Positions 14,914 to 28,934 of a stretch of DNA of 64,000 nucleotides are shown in pieces. The stretch's first letter is position 1. Each line of letters begins with the position of its first letter. The notes beneath the pieces were generated by a model, which was given only the letters and a program-made list of their open reading frames with translations, made no database searches and had not been told where the DNA came from. The DNA comes from Pecten maximus (lineage: Eukaryota): the NCBI RefSeq assembly GCF_902652985.1, contig NC_047024.1, forward strand, positions 22,382,001 to 22,446,000, written 5' to 3'. Both the position numbers and the translations under genes were made by a program.

Positions 14914-15110
14914 GGGGCTGCGGTGGCCGAGTGGTTATTGTTCCCAACACTTTATCATTAGCCCTCCACCTCTGGATTGCGAGTTCGAAACCTACGTGGG
15001 GCAGTTGCCAGGTACTAACCGTAGGTCGGTGGTTTTTCTCCAGGTACTCCGGCTTTCCTCCACCTCCAAAACCTGGCACGTCCTTAAATGACCCTGGCTG
15101 TTAATAGAAC
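14914..15110 (+). mobile_element. tRNA-derived V-domain SINE with ~10-bp TSD
   Basis: A-box TGGCCGAGTGG, B-box GTTCGAAAC and V-like core GGTTTTTCTCCAGGTACTCCGGCTTTCCTCCAC. The direct repeat CCCTTCGAAA lies at 14903-14912 and 15115-15124. Confidence 0.85.
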
Positions 15111-15299
15111 AATCCCCTTCGAAAGAATGGAGACATATTGTACAAGAACTTATTTCTTCTTTTGGCACCATTTTCATTAGCGTTCCCTTACTTTATGAAA
15201 TCTCTTAAATTAAGAAGAAAGTTCCTTAACTTAGATTTTTTTCCCCTTAAATCCAGTCATACGTTCCTGTGGAAAGAGATTAAATTCCTTATTAGTTAA

Positions 15300-16270
15300 G
15301 GAGTGTTGATGATTTCATGTCCAGGCCATAACTTCTAAACCATTGGATATATCTTGACAAAAAGGTATGCTTGTATGACCTAAATCCAATATGTTGCATG
15401 CTGCTGTTTGGTCACTGTAACCTTGACCTCAAGGTCAAAGGTCAAATAAGTGAACAGTTTTCCAATAATGTTTGTCCTGGCAATAACTTTAAAACTATTA
15501 AAGATATCTTTATGTTTAATGAAAGTTGCCGTATACCTTTATCACCCACAATCTAATTAAAATCTAGATGGCCATTCCCACTTTGTTACATGAACATCTA
15601 ACAACATCCCATAAGGGGTCACGTTCTGATGACCTTTGAGTTGTGTGTATTTCACGTTCAGGGCGAAATGCCAATTTTTCAATGACATCAAAGCAAACCA
15701 TTTCGTCACAGCATGCATCTGAAGTAAACCATTTTGGTACAGCATGTACATATAGCTATATGCTTTGTAAGACGAAATGACTTGAAACAAATTGACAGAT
15801 TATGCAAGCTATGTAATCTAGTCATGCTAATTCAAACATATAAAATTCACTTCCAAGACTCTGGAAGTAGTCATATGATTGGCTAATCCGAAAGGTCATC
15901 AGAACGTGACCCCTTATGGGATGTTGTTTGATGTTCATGTAACATAATGAGAATGACCATCTAGATTTTAATTAGACTGTGTCACCCATTGATTAAGTGC
16001 AATGCTCTGCCATTGGATCATTGTAACCTTGACATCAAGGTCAAAGGTTAAATAAGTCAATAATGTTTGTCTGCATGGGCAAAACCTTTAAACCATTAAA
16101 GATATTGTAACAAAAGTTCACACATGTACTCTGTCATTGGATCATTGCAACCTTGACCTCAATAAGTGTGAAATTCATCCTGGCCATATCTCAACCATTG
16201 AAGATATCTTGATGAAACTTGCATTATAATATACCTAAAGCAGATGTTCAATGCACTGCCGTAATGTCAC
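15300..16270. repeat. Old HINE-like repeat remnant (ACCTTGACCTCAAGGTCAAAGGTCA units) interrupted by a MITE
   Basis: The motif recurs at about 15419, 16025 and 16149 with shared flanking sequence. Confidence 0.55.
15547..15981. mobile_element. MITE with 91-bp TIRs, CAC termini and 5-bp TSD (Transib/RAG-like signature)
   Basis: TIRs at 15547-15637 and 15891-15981 begin CACA(A/G)TCTAATTAAAATCTAGATGG and have ~6 mismatches. TCACC is duplicated at 15542-15546 and 15982-15986. Confidence 0.85.
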
Positions 16271-17664
16271 TAGTTTGAATTATGATGGAAACAGCAAGAA
16301 ATAAAGGGGCCTCACATCACGAGATGTATTTTCAGATTTTAGTAGAGTTCTCTACATCTTCTTTCAGATGTTGTTGGGTGTTTTTTCTGTACAATATATT
16401 CAGGACTTTTAGGTTGATTACACTGACTTCATCCAGCGCTTTTTTGAAGAAAGCTTTCGCTTTGAATAGCTGTTCAGGCCTGGAAGTCAATGATTAAGGT
16501 CACTTTCTCTGAATAAAAAATTAGTTTATGCACAAGTTATGACAGAGTAATTAATACACTAGGACTTTATTATCCAACCTTACTCGCATTTTAGAAGTCA
16601 TAACAACACTCGGGCTACAGATTGACAATTCCTATATTAGGAATTAAAAATGTACATTGTACCTGTACATTCATCTAAACTCTTAAATAAGTTCTGTTCT
16701 CTGTGCTCTGCTATGCCGAATGATTATGTTTGAAGTGTTTTCAAAACGTTCACACTTTTGACTTGTAACATTTTAAAATTGACCATTATTCACCCCAAAA
16801 TATCATGAATTCAAGTCCTGATTGGTTATCGACTAACAGGTAATAATAGCCAGTTTTTATGACTTTTATCTCAAGATAAAATGGATGATTTTCAACAACT
16901 TCTATTACTAAAACGAACAAATTCACAGTAAAGATATCAAAGATCATTAACACTTTAAAGCAAAGTTGGCGACATCAGAATGTACTCTGCCAGGTCAAAT
17001 TAAAACACAACTAAATATTTCACATTCATCTTTTATTGTCAAACAGCTTCATTAGATGCTTATTCTTTGAACACAAGTGGAAAACACACATACCTGTCAA
17101 TCTCCAGTTTTGGACTGGAGCCTCCATTGCATTTCAGTAAATTTGGAAAACTGAGTGAAAAAATTTTGATCCTGAACATGAGATTTTGAAAATGAAATCT
17201 ATTATTGTTTGTTTTATCTTTAAAACAGAGTAGATTACAGTTATATTAATATGTTAAGTAACAAAATGATTACAGTTATAAATATATTAGTGAAGGCTTC
17301 ATTATTCCACGTTTTGGCCTCTTGACAGGTATTCACATACAGAGATGTATATATCACATGTATGCGTGATATACACATCTCTGTTACACACTGGATCTTG
17401 GAAACAAACTTGATAGAACATTTTTTGTTATTAAATTTAAGTTCAAACAAAACATGACTACTTATCAGAAATAAAAATACACTGTACATGTATTAACAAT
17501 TGATACCATGCATTACCACTTAAATCAAACATCAAACAAGGTAAAAGAGTTTGGTAACCCAAAGAAACTTGAGATATGCTGAAACAATTTTAAATTCTTA
17601 ATAAAGTGACCATTACCAAACAAAATCAGCATTGACTGTAGGAAAACTGAACTCTATTTGAGAA

Positions 17665-17900
17665 GGGGGCCCTGACAGCTCAGTGAACTTCAGTAAGAGC
17701 GCCGGCTACAAAACCTTGGGTATCATAAAGGTTCAAAGTGCATGGTTTAACCCTCCCTACCTGTGTCCGTTTGTGTTTCTCGGGAAGCTGAGAAACAGGC
17801 TGGTCTGTGCTCCCCTTTTACCCTAATTGCTCTGGATGGTATGCAATGGACCTCCAGTGTGTTATTTAGTGAGGTAGTCACCAACTACTACAAGGAGACC
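17665..17900 (+). mobile_element. Degenerate tRNA-derived SINE
   Basis: GGGGCCCTGACAGCTCAGTG...AGAGCG head and a GGTTTAACCC B-box-like motif in a GC-elevated stretch. Confidence 0.45.
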
Positions 17901-18706
17901 CCACCTCAAAATGACTCTAGCTGTTCACGGTGCAGTAAACCCAGCAAACAAACTTTGAGCAGACAATTACTGACACCAACATTGTGATCCATAATGTGTG
18001 CCCTTTATCAGGCAACACAATTGGGTATTTCCCTCTGACCAAATGAAGTAACAACATAACTTCTTGTTTCAGTATAATAGTTGAAAAATCAAAAGCAGTG
18101 TTGCTTATACCCATTAGCTATATCATGTATGATGTTCTTAAATGGAATTACTCTAGCCATGAATATTTCATGATGTGGATATATCCTATAATACCGATAT
18201 GTAAATTATGACATTAAACTAACAATTAAATTACATATGAATGAAACAATCTTTTTCTCATTTAAAAAAAAAAAATTCTTAGGTAAATACTGTATTCTTC
18301 CTAACATTAAAGATATCCGCCACATTTCCTCTGGAAAGAGGACAAGGCATGCGCAGCGTACCTAGTAAATAAAGTTGGTAAAAGGTTGTTTACCTTATTG
18401 ATCTGCCAATACAATTTTAAGTTTAATTTAACGAAAACTCATTTTCAAAAATTTTCATATTAATTGTTTAATCAAACTTGACCTTTAAATACATGAAAAC
18501 ATTTTTTTAAGCTACAATTATTAGGTCAAATACAGACAGAGAAAGACCACTGTCCAGTACTACTTGTATAAGGGGCAACACTAGACCACTATACTGTAAT
18601 CATGCAATGGCATTCTAAGGATAATGTCTTGTTGTTTGAGCACCATTAACATATATTTGTAGGCCATCAATACAAACAGTTTATTACAATGTGCATAAAA
18701 TAGAGA

Positions 18707-19534
18707 ACAAGAGGTCTAGGGGGCCTGCGTCACTAATTCAATGATCGAGCTACAGGCCAGATATTAGGACTTTTGGACTCATTGTTGGCATCAATCAAAT
18801 GCAATGGTCAAACATGAGGCCCAATAGGCCTGTATTGATCACCTGGACGGACAAAATATTTTCATTACATTACAAAGCCATACCCAAGGATCAATAATGT
18901 AGCATAAGAGAATTCCTCTATTCATTGCCAGCAAATGTGTATGATCCCCAGATCAGTCTAGTTAGTACAAATTTGTCAATTTTTATAACAGTAATTGTAC
19001 TGGTACATGTATATATATATATATTTCTGTAAATAAAGACTGTTTCCATTGTTTTACATGAGGACCATGTCCCAAATTGCAAGGCCAGACACCAGACCAG
19101 TCCCTGAAATTTTACCAGCCTTTATGTACCAGTACATGTATATAGAACAGTCATTCCATCCATCATTCTTATGACCAAGGAACCAAGTCCTCAGGTGTTT
19201 GGGCAGAACCTGGGAACGATCATGGTAGCATAAATGGATTTGCCTTTTCATGCCCAGAAACATATTCTGTACAATGAACTTGGGTTATAGGATGTACATC
19301 TGAACAATTCCTAAATTACTACACCTATAAATTGCAGTGGTAAACGATTCAGTCCCCATGGGGTCATCCCGTCTTTCGTTTTGAAATCTCCACCACATAG
19401 GGATGCTTTGGACATTTCTATAGAAATTGGTTAAATTTTGTTAAGTGGCTGAAGAAGTTATTTATGACAGACAGATGATAGCACAACAGTATCACACAAG
19501 CTCACTTTTGGTTTTTAGACCAGGCGAGCTAAAA
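18707..19534 (-). mobile_element. Degenerate HINE
   Basis: AACAAGAGG...GGGCCTG at one end. GACAGACAGA microsatellite followed by AAGCTCAC...GGCGAGCTAAAA at the other. Confidence 0.55.
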
Positions 19535-19866
19535 CGTCACAAAATATTTGTGGTAAATTCGTTTTTCACAACAAACAATAAATACATAGTACATAATTTC
19601 ATATAAAAAAAAAATTGTAGATCTACAAAGGTTCATAGAACCCAATAAGATATTTAAATGACAGGACTTTTAAACCAATCGGGCAGGTAAAATTAAAATA
19701 TGTACATATAATACATACATTTATATAATTAACAGTTCATCAACACAGAAATTTAAGAAAACGAAAGTATACTGGAAAATGAATTTTGGATTTTTAAGAT
19801 AATAAATAAATGAACACTGTTGTAAAAGGCACAGTATACAATAAAATAGTCATGTTCAACATGATA

Positions 19867-20312
19867 AACAAGAGAGATCCAAGAGGGATCTTGGCGCCCA
19901 CCATTGAATGATCTTTATAGGACTTCCATCTCAGCTTGATCTTCCCTCTACTTTACCATTCTTTCTTTTTTCCCCTCTTAATAATATGATAACATGAATT
20001 AGTGGAACCTACATGTGAAGTTTGAGAAATATCCCTCCAGTACTTTTCAAAAGATTAGTGATAACAAACTTCAATTCTCAAAATCCAAGATGGCATGCAC
20101 CTGTCAGTGATTTTGTTTTTCTGATCAAAAATCTAAATTGAATTGGCATTACAAGACTAAGGGGAACATACACATGCAGTTTGAGGTATATACCTACAGT
20201 TCTTTTCAAGAATAGCAATAACAAGGTTTGTTTACAGACAGATGGACAACAGGCGGACCACAGACGCAGGGCGATTTGAAGAGCCAACCATCTGATGATG
20301 CTGGGCTATTAA
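19867..20312 (-). mobile_element. Degenerate HINE
   Basis: AACAAGAG plus the hairpin AGATCC..GGATCT at one end, internal ~160-bp duplicated blocks, and a GACAGATGGAC microsatellite with AGCC..CCATC..GATG..GGGCTA at the other end. Confidence 0.6.
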
Positions 20313-23300
20313 GTCTGGTCATTATTCATCAAGGAAATTAAAACAAAATTAATTAAGACCATATACTGGTAACAGAAAAACTTTTCCAATTTTAATATAT
20401 TTGTACATGTAATGAACAAAACAGCTAAATATTGCACTACAATGCTGGTAGGATTTTCATATCATTGGCAAAGTCATCACAAAAACATTTTTAATAGGCT
20501 TTGTAATAATACCCAATACCTTGATTATACTGTAATAAGCCCAGGGGGCAAACACATATATTAAGGGGTTGAGCTTTTTGGATTAATTTGAATCGATCGT
20601 CCGAAACCCAAGAGACTCAAATGACAAGAGCAATACAGATCTATCCGGAGTCTTATGAGTTTTTGACCATTATCATAATCATGTTAATTTTATACAAGAC
20701 ATTTCAGGGAATAAGTCCCCCAACAGGTGTGAAATCAAAAGACAAAAATTAGGTGAAATCATACTAATCATAGTAGTGTAGGAAATAAAGCCCAGAAAAG
20801 GCTTTCCTTTAAAATAGGTCAAAGGTCAAAATGTAGGTAAGAGTAACCTACTTTTGATACATGGCAAAGTGCCTTATGCAGGGCTGTTTTCGTTGACAAA
20901 GACTTTCAAGGTCTGCATTAATTTAATATCTGCAGGTCCGTCAAGATATAGGCCTGAAATATTACATTTAAAAACAAACAAACCGGTTTGTTCGCATAAA
21001 TGAACAGGCCTTAGATGAAGCCATACCCAGAGTATGAAACTCCAGTGACAACAAGTAATGAAGAAGACAGAGGAAGGATGCATGAAAGTACAGATGGATA
21101 GAACACAAAACTATAACATCCCTCCCCCAGTTTCTGGTAGGGGACTATTAATTAAGGAATCACAGGGACTTGGTATATTTCCTACCCATGGTCTTTATAT
21201 ATGTACAGTACATACACATATTATCATACCCTCTAGATCTACACATGTACATATTACCATACCCTGTGTTGGAAACATACATTTAATTTGACTAGTTGAA
21301 TAGTTTATTGCTTCGCATTACTCACTGATTACATAATAATCTAGTATTTAAAATTAAGTACCCCTAGCTAGTCAAAGGGTTACTCTCTCAAAACACACTG
21401 AATAAATCTAACTACATGTACTTCAAGCAGTTACTTCCCCTTAAATCAATTTGTCATATCAATGTGTACATATATATTTGTCTGTATTTCTTACCACCTG
21501 TTGTTACTAAGGAGAATACTTAGATAGGCTATGTCTGATGTCTAATCCTATTGACGTTTTTCTATGTCAATAAAATTTGTTGGAACTGAAATTGAAATTT
21601 TGACTAGTTCAGACAAGGAAGATGGATCAAGAGATATCTGGAGTTCATGATAACAAACTACCTTACTGTGCCACAAGTGGAGACGCAGCCTTCCAACAGG
21701 GCAAGTTAGTTTGTTGTATAGTGCAGGACATGGTAGGGCCTCATGTTGAACATCATTGGTATTATTGTAAGTATTCCTCATTATGGAAGACAAATTACAG
21801 TAGAAATAATGAGTAAAGGACCAATATCATAAAATGACAGAAGAATCATGTTGTACTACATATATACCAGATAAACTGATATGAAATTGTCTGTCTAGTA
21901 GACTCTACTAGTACTATATACATGTATAACATGAAACTTTAGTTGTGCATACATTTTCGGGGTTTATATATACTAAGAATATTAATATTGTAAGTATTAT
22001 TGTTATATTATTGTTGTATGGGCTAACCTAGAAAGTTTGTATCCAAAAAATAATTTGAAAGCTCCCAACCATAGACTAAAGTACACACACAAACATTTAA
22101 TGATATACAGTACACGTACATGACCTGACACTTAGACACAAAATTATTAATTAAATTTAATTTTTTTTTCAATTTTCACAAATGAAATGGTCACCAGACA
22201 GACAATGACATAATCAGTTTCCTTTATCTTCGATTCTTTCTTTCAAACATCAGGATAAACCTAATTATATCTGCAATAATTGTTAATGAAAATACAAAAA
22301 TGTCCTAGATTTCTTTAAGAAATATGTATGTGTTAAATTGAATTCAACATAGTTTGAATGCTTATATTATATCGCTCATTATTTGCTCTTGGACCCATCA
22401 CCCATAAAAAACAAAAACGTGTTATTACACATTATTTTGTACACTTTTGTATCCAACTTGTGTACTTACATCGAGAGAATATATTATTTTAATAAAAAAG
22501 ACAATTTGAATGTGTTTTGTTGCGCCGTTTTTTATTTTGGGCAATATTTTATGTGCAATGTCGCCATTTACGGCAAGCTGAAAACGGACAATTTCAACAT
22601 CGAATTTTTAGACTGGTATTAAATAAACTCAAAGAAGGCAAAACCAAAAACTGAAAGGATAGTTTTTCTAATCGTTATTTAAAGAACATATTCTGTATGT
22701 AAATCAGTCTTTAATCTCGTCGGTAAAGGAATAAAACGGTTTTGTAAGCGGCACGTTTCTTCACGTAACGTCTGTCACTTTGTTAACATATTGATGAATG
22801 GTCTAAATCTGTGAAAATATAACAAAATGTGGATGTTTCAATGGTTATTCCTCATGAAAAGATATTATATTTGTAATATATGTAAACAAATCATAGTTAT
22901 AAAGCGTAGGTTTCCACACATTCATCGTCGTTTAACTCATGCGTAATGTCTGTCACACGGAGTGCTGGTTACGTGCTATAATTAGATCATGTGGAAAACA
23001 CATTTTGGAAAACACCGTGTGCAAAAAATGTGTACAATATGAATATTTATGAGCTCCCGGTATGCTTTGCGGTGACCTTCCCGGGAATCGTTGATTGTGA
23101 AGATGGTACACACTTGTTGAAGACGGTCCGTACGGAAGTTACGTGATCGAGGTAAGTAGTCCAAAGTTACGTGAATCACAACATATCAACATATACAAGT
23201 CAAACTAAACGATATATTTTGTAAACAAATGTTTTTTTTTCACATACGATACATTGACAAATCAATGTTTGAGGCCATCACGATCGATGACAGAATGTAA

Positions 23301-24582
23301 ACAATCACATATGTGCATTTTGTTCACATATGACGGACACGATCATCGATTCACGTAACACCTGACAGACAAGCATGTTACGTGAGATTGAAACTTCGGT
23401 TACATCGAATTAAATAAACTACTGTTTACTCTTGTAAAATATGTATTCTAATGATTGAACTTTGGAAAGTATATTATATGACAAAATAAAATCACGGTCT
23501 TAAAAATAACTGATATATTACACATGTGTCTGTCATTTGTCCACACATGTTACGTGACATTTCTGTTCCGTTACGTGCGATGTTTGATAATTGTAACCAG
23601 TTTAATATTTAAGAAAACTGACTTTAGCTTGATTTTATTTCCTTTTTTATAGAAACAATGTTAACAATAGGTTCAAGATCATTTTAAACTACACTTAATT
23701 TTAAAAAGATAAAGTAAATATGGCCCATTATGAACTTATCATTGCACGAAAATTTGCTGAATTTTAATTTTAATCCACATCTGTTGTCATTCAATATCAC
23801 AAAGAACTATTATTATTTCGTTCAGCCAATGTATATGTATGTGTATTAATAAATTATTATCAATAATCATGATTAAATAAAATTAATTTTGAATCATCAA
23901 GGTGTTATATAAGATCTAGTTAGACTTTTTGTATCTAAATAATTGGAATTTTAAGGAATGTTTTCAACTTTAAACTGTGGAACTTTACATATATTAATAT
24001 TTTATAATTACTGTTATAATAATTATATTGATATATAAACATATATTGATCTACATGTAACACAAAACAGTAACAAATTAATACTATTAAAGTAGGAAAT
24101 ATAATGTAGGCACTCATAAATTGAAAGTTTAAAATGTACGTCCATGCTCGTTTAATCGCATTCATATAGGCTACCAAGGGCAAGTACTATTCTGGTTGAA
24201 AGTTGACCAGGATTTAGTAGCAAAAATAAATAATCTTAATATATATTGTGTCAACAATTACATGTACGAGAATCTTTTGTATTGTCTCTTCGACTGAATC
24301 ATCCATTTCAGACCAGATGTTGCCTTATTGGTCAAATAGAATGGTTTTATTATATATAAAAAAAAAAAAAAAATTATGTATACATTTTAAAACAAGTTTT
24401 GTGATATGAATAAATATGAAATTCATTCTATTTGCTTAATAATTTGATATGACACTAGCTAATATTGGCTCAAAACATACATATAAAAAGTATTTACTTG
24501 GTTGATAAATTCTTTATTGCATATTCACTCAAGTCAGATCCTCATTAAAAAAAACAAATTTCATTGTAGAGTACCAAGCAAC

Positions 24583-27500
24583 ATGCCCAGCAAACTTAAA
24601 GTGGTATTAAAGAATACACACGATAAAGAAAAACATGCTGAGCGAATGCGAGTGGCCAGACATGAATGGTCGGAGGAGCAAAAGCAAAAAAACCGAGAAA
24701 TGTCCAAGATCAGAATGAGGGAATACAGAGAAAGAAAAAAGACGGAGAGAGAAAAGACAAACAATTCAGAAGTCCGAAAAATGGCAACAAGACAAGAAAA
24801 AAAAGCAAAAGAAGAGCAAAATAAAAGAAAAGCTGAATACAGAAAGAAATATAGAGCTGGCTTGTCAAGCCAAAAGAAAAGGCGTATACGAGAAAAAGAT
24901 GCAAAAAGAAAGCAAGAAAAGAGGTGCAAGAATATGATAGGAGCAACGACTGTTGTCCAATCAGTACCTATCACAACTGAGAACACAAAGACCCCTTTGT
25001 CTGACAGTGCTTTAAAAAAGGCTGTCTACCGGGCTAAAAAGAGATTGCCAAAGTCTCCATCCAAATTTGCAGATGTTGTTTCTGGCCTTGTAAGCAATGC
25101 CACACCAAGAAAAAAACTTGCTTTAAGCAATAAAGGATTGGATTCCTCTGAAACAAAGAAAAACTTGGACAATATCCTGCAATCTATCAAAGATGTGGAC
25201 TTAGATATGAGAGGAAGGGACAGAGAGAGTCGTATGAAAAGGAAGAGTTTTATTGGGTCCCTCTCTGAACATGTTAAGAAAAGACACGGAATGACATCAA
25301 CTTTCAGCGCAGCACTTGGCATACAAAGAAAGTACTTTTCACAAGGGTGTCTTAAAGAACAAAAGAAAAGAAAAGACTGCATTGCTAAAGAAACAGAAGA
25401 GTCAATCCAGAACTTTTTTTGTCAAGATAATGTGTCGACTAACTTACCAAACAAAAAAAACATCAAGAAAGATGCTGTAGAGTGTAGAGTTATCCAAGGA
25501 TCACTTCACAGTGTATGGAATAAATGGAAAGAAGCAAATCCCAACAAAGCTATTTCATATGACAAATTCACCAAACTCAAGCCTAAGGTTGTTAAAACAC
25601 AAAAACACAGAAAATACCTGCAGTGTTTGTGTGAATACTGCGAGAATCTAAGATTGAAGATGGTAGCTATCAACAAGCTTTCTCAAGAACAGAAGCCTAC
25701 ACTAAAAATGAAAAGTATCCAGGAGGCCGTGGAGAAGACTCTTTGCCCCAGGACTGGTCCATTCCACAGCCTTAAATGTATTGACAGGGAATGTGTAGAC
25801 TGCGGAACCGGAAAACTGCATGCAGACCTCATTGCTGCATTAGAAGAAAAAGACCAAGAATGGAAAAAGTGGGCGCTACAAGTATCGATAAACAAAAGAA
25901 ATGGTAAAGAAATAAAAAAGAAAGAACTCACAGTTAGTAAAGGAAAAACATCAGAATTGATTGCTGAATTTGAAAAAGAACTCCACTTCCTCTCCAAACA
26001 CTTATTTGAAGCCAATTGGCAAATTTCGCAGTTCGGAATTCTGACCAAAAACATTCCACCTGCAACAATTGCTTTAGCTATTGACTTTGCCGAGAACTAC
26101 TCTTGCATGTCTCAAAATGAAGTACAATCAGCACATTGGTCAAAAGAATCTGTTACAATACATCCCGCAGTTGTTTATTATCAATGTCCCACCTGTCCAG
26201 GTGAAGTGGTGGAGGAGTGTTGCGATATCATCAGCGATGATTTAATACATGATGCCCATGCTGTTAATGCCTTTCTCCATAGAATATTCCAACATCTGAA
26301 AACTAAGAGAGGATTGCAGGTCAATAAAGCATTCATTATGAGCGACGGTTGCGCGGCACAATACAAGTCAAAAATTCCATTTTGTGACGCAGCGAACGCC
26401 ATCACTGAGTTTGGGTTTATAGTGCAGCGCGACTTCTATGGGTCCAGACATGGGAAAAATAGGTGTGATGGGGAGGGGGGCGTTTTAAAATCGAGGGTGA
26501 CAAGGGCGGTCAAAAACGGCGAGGCTGAGATTGTCTCAGCATCAGACTTTTACACCTTTTGTAGGGACAACCTCGAAAAGGACTCCAAAGATGATAATGG
26601 AAAGTGTCTACACAAGAGAAGGCATCTTCTCTATGTTGCATTGGAAAACATTCAAAGACCACGCCCTGAAAGAAACATTCGCACCATTCCAGGCACTCAA
26701 AAAATCCATTCACTGGTTGGCGTTGAAAGGGAAATGGTTAAGACAAGGCGTCTGTCCTGTTTTTGCCAGAATTGCCTATATGGTACACCCGAGAATTGCC
26801 AGCAGAAGGAGTACATAGATCAATGGAAGCCAATTCGCCTGAAATGTATCCTTTATAATGTTAGAATGTTAGAATTTTATATTTATAATTTATATGAAAA
26901 TAATTATCAAATTGGAAAACAAAAATATGACAAAACGATTATAAAAATTCTTGACCCAATTAAGATCTCCAACAACCACAACCAGCTGTTGATGTCCAGC
27001 CCATGGTACAACCTGTTGATGTCCAGCCCATGGTACAGCCTGTTGATGTCCAGCCCATGGTACAGCCTGTTGATGTCCAGCCCATGGTACAACCTGTTGA
27101 TGTCCAGCCCATGGTACAGCCTGTTGATGTCCAGCCCATGGTACAACCTGTTGATGTCCAGCCCATGGTACAGCCTGTTGATGTCCAGTCCATGGTACAG
27201 CCTGTTGATGTCCAGTCCATGGTACAGCCTGTTGATGTCCAACCCATGGTACAGCCTGTTGATGTCCAACCCATGGTACAACCTGTTGACTTCCATCATG
27301 AATTACAGCCACACGATACCATGGTTAGAGTTTTTATTATGATAATCTAGTAATGTTGTTTTTTTCAAATTGAGCTTCATTGAGGTTAACAAAGGATTAA
27401 CATATTCTAAAGTTCATATATATTTTTTTAATCAGGTTCTTGCCCAGTCTGTAGAAGATATTCAAGCCCAATCAGTCCATGACCAGACACAAGATAGTAG

Positions 27501-28934
27501 GGTAAGATAATGAATTATTTCACTGATATCATATTAGGGTATTATTCAATATGATAAAGAGCGAAATAACTTTAAAGCTTATCTGAAATTTAATTTTCTT
27601 AGAAATAAATTGAATTTGTGTAGCATAATGAAGTTCATTTGTATTCTTCAACTTTAGTCTGAAAGAATAGATTGCAGCCTAGATGAAGACGATATGGACA
27701 TATCAGGCCTTACTGGAATTTTGGATGCTTTAGAAGAGGTAAGCAAGTTATAAAAAGCTGACCATTTGCTGAATTCATATACATGTATATAATGACGTGT
27801 TATTCAAAAAAATTAAAACTTTGTGAAGACGCTGTAAACTGTAGCAATATCATTGTCCTTGTGTTTGCCAAATCAAAAATCTCTTCTATCTCGACTATTA
27901 TTTATTGAAGTCATCAATCTGTCTTTTTGTAGGAACCTGAAGATATGGCATTATCACCAATCCTGACATTTATGGAGGTAAGGAAAACATATGGTAGTTA
28001 TATTCCACTGCTTATTTTAACAAAAAAAGGTTGTAAACAGTGAACAGAATTTTTGGCATATGCTTAATTAAAGTTTGTCTTTCTTTTAGGATGCTGTTGT
28101 TGCAGAAAATGATTGTTCTGAAGAAGAGAAAGCGCCACGGTATGAAAATTATTATACATTCAAATTACTAGTTAACTATTTTCATTTAGTCAACATGTTT
28201 CACACGGAATAATTTGTTTACATGACTGTTTCAAATTGCATTAATGACAGGTATATTTTCGCTTTGCTTATAATTACAGACCAGGGGAATTCCTAAAAAT
28301 TAAATTTGGGAATTCAATATTGCCAGCTGTGGTAAGAAATAAGAGTTATTGTTCATTGTTTTGTTTACTCATCATGTTAAAAGTTTTCATTATATATACA
28401 ATTTGATTTAATTAACTAATTGATGCTTCTGACTTTATTCTGTTCAGTTTTAAACTAGGACTCAACTCATAATTGAATAGCTATATATTTTGCAAAAATT
28501 CATCTTCATTTATGCAAATGGTTTCATTAAATGCATCACATCTAATACACGATTTCTATCTTATTGTAACTAAATGAGCTTCAAGTGGATAATTGATATG
28601 GATGTTTTATTCAATTCCAGGTTGATAACTGGCCATTTGTCCATTATTTTAAGAAGTGTACAAAGGGTTGGACTATGCAAGACATCCACCATACCATTAT
28701 TTTTGAAGACATTGATGGTACACTAAAAGCACCAGCAATGGAATCCCAGGGAAGGAGGATAATTTACAAATTTGAAGGTCAGCTTGATGTAAATATTGTA
28801 ATACCATATAATTTTTGTTTGTGTGGTTTCCTTGAAAGAACATTATATATATCAATCATGAATTGATGTTTCTTTTGCTGTACATAGTGATCTGTAATTT
28901 CTTTTTTTCTTTGTTTTTAGAATTAGATTCCTAG
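24583..28934 (+). CDS. Sola-type DDD transposase, spliced, ~1028 aa
   Basis: Exons 24583-26845, 26965-27323, 27436-27501, 27658-27738, 27933-27977, 28090-28139, 28280-28331, 28621-28777 and 28921-28934 are all GT-AG, in phase and stop-free (3087 nt). Motifs: CLCEYCEN, CIDRECVDCG, IDFAENY, SDDLIHD, SDGCAAQYKS, HGKNRCDGEGG, SCFCQNC. Superfamily assigned from remembered motif patterns. Confidence 0.85.
26986..27290 (+). repeat. 27-bp coding minisatellite (~11 units, VDVQPMVQP) in transposase exon 2
   Basis: Unit CTGTTGATGTCCAGCCCATGGTACA(A/G)C. Confidence 0.95.

Noticed and set aside
4603-22368. Hidden gene or very long PPP1R2 3' UTR in the gene-poor interval, including short ORFs near 21548-21816
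   Set aside because: I found no exon chain with recognisable protein similarity, and UTR extent cannot be determined without transcripts.
24502-24582. Upstream TTG start of the transposase ORF
   Set aside because: It lies upstream of a splice acceptor (TTGTAG at 24569). The first ATG is at 24583.
26846-27342. (LLMSSPWYS)n C-terminus of the 946-aa six-frame ORF
   Set aside because: It requires reading through an AT-rich GT-AG intron (26846-26964). The spliced frame links in phase to seven further exons, although an intron-retained isoform is not excluded.
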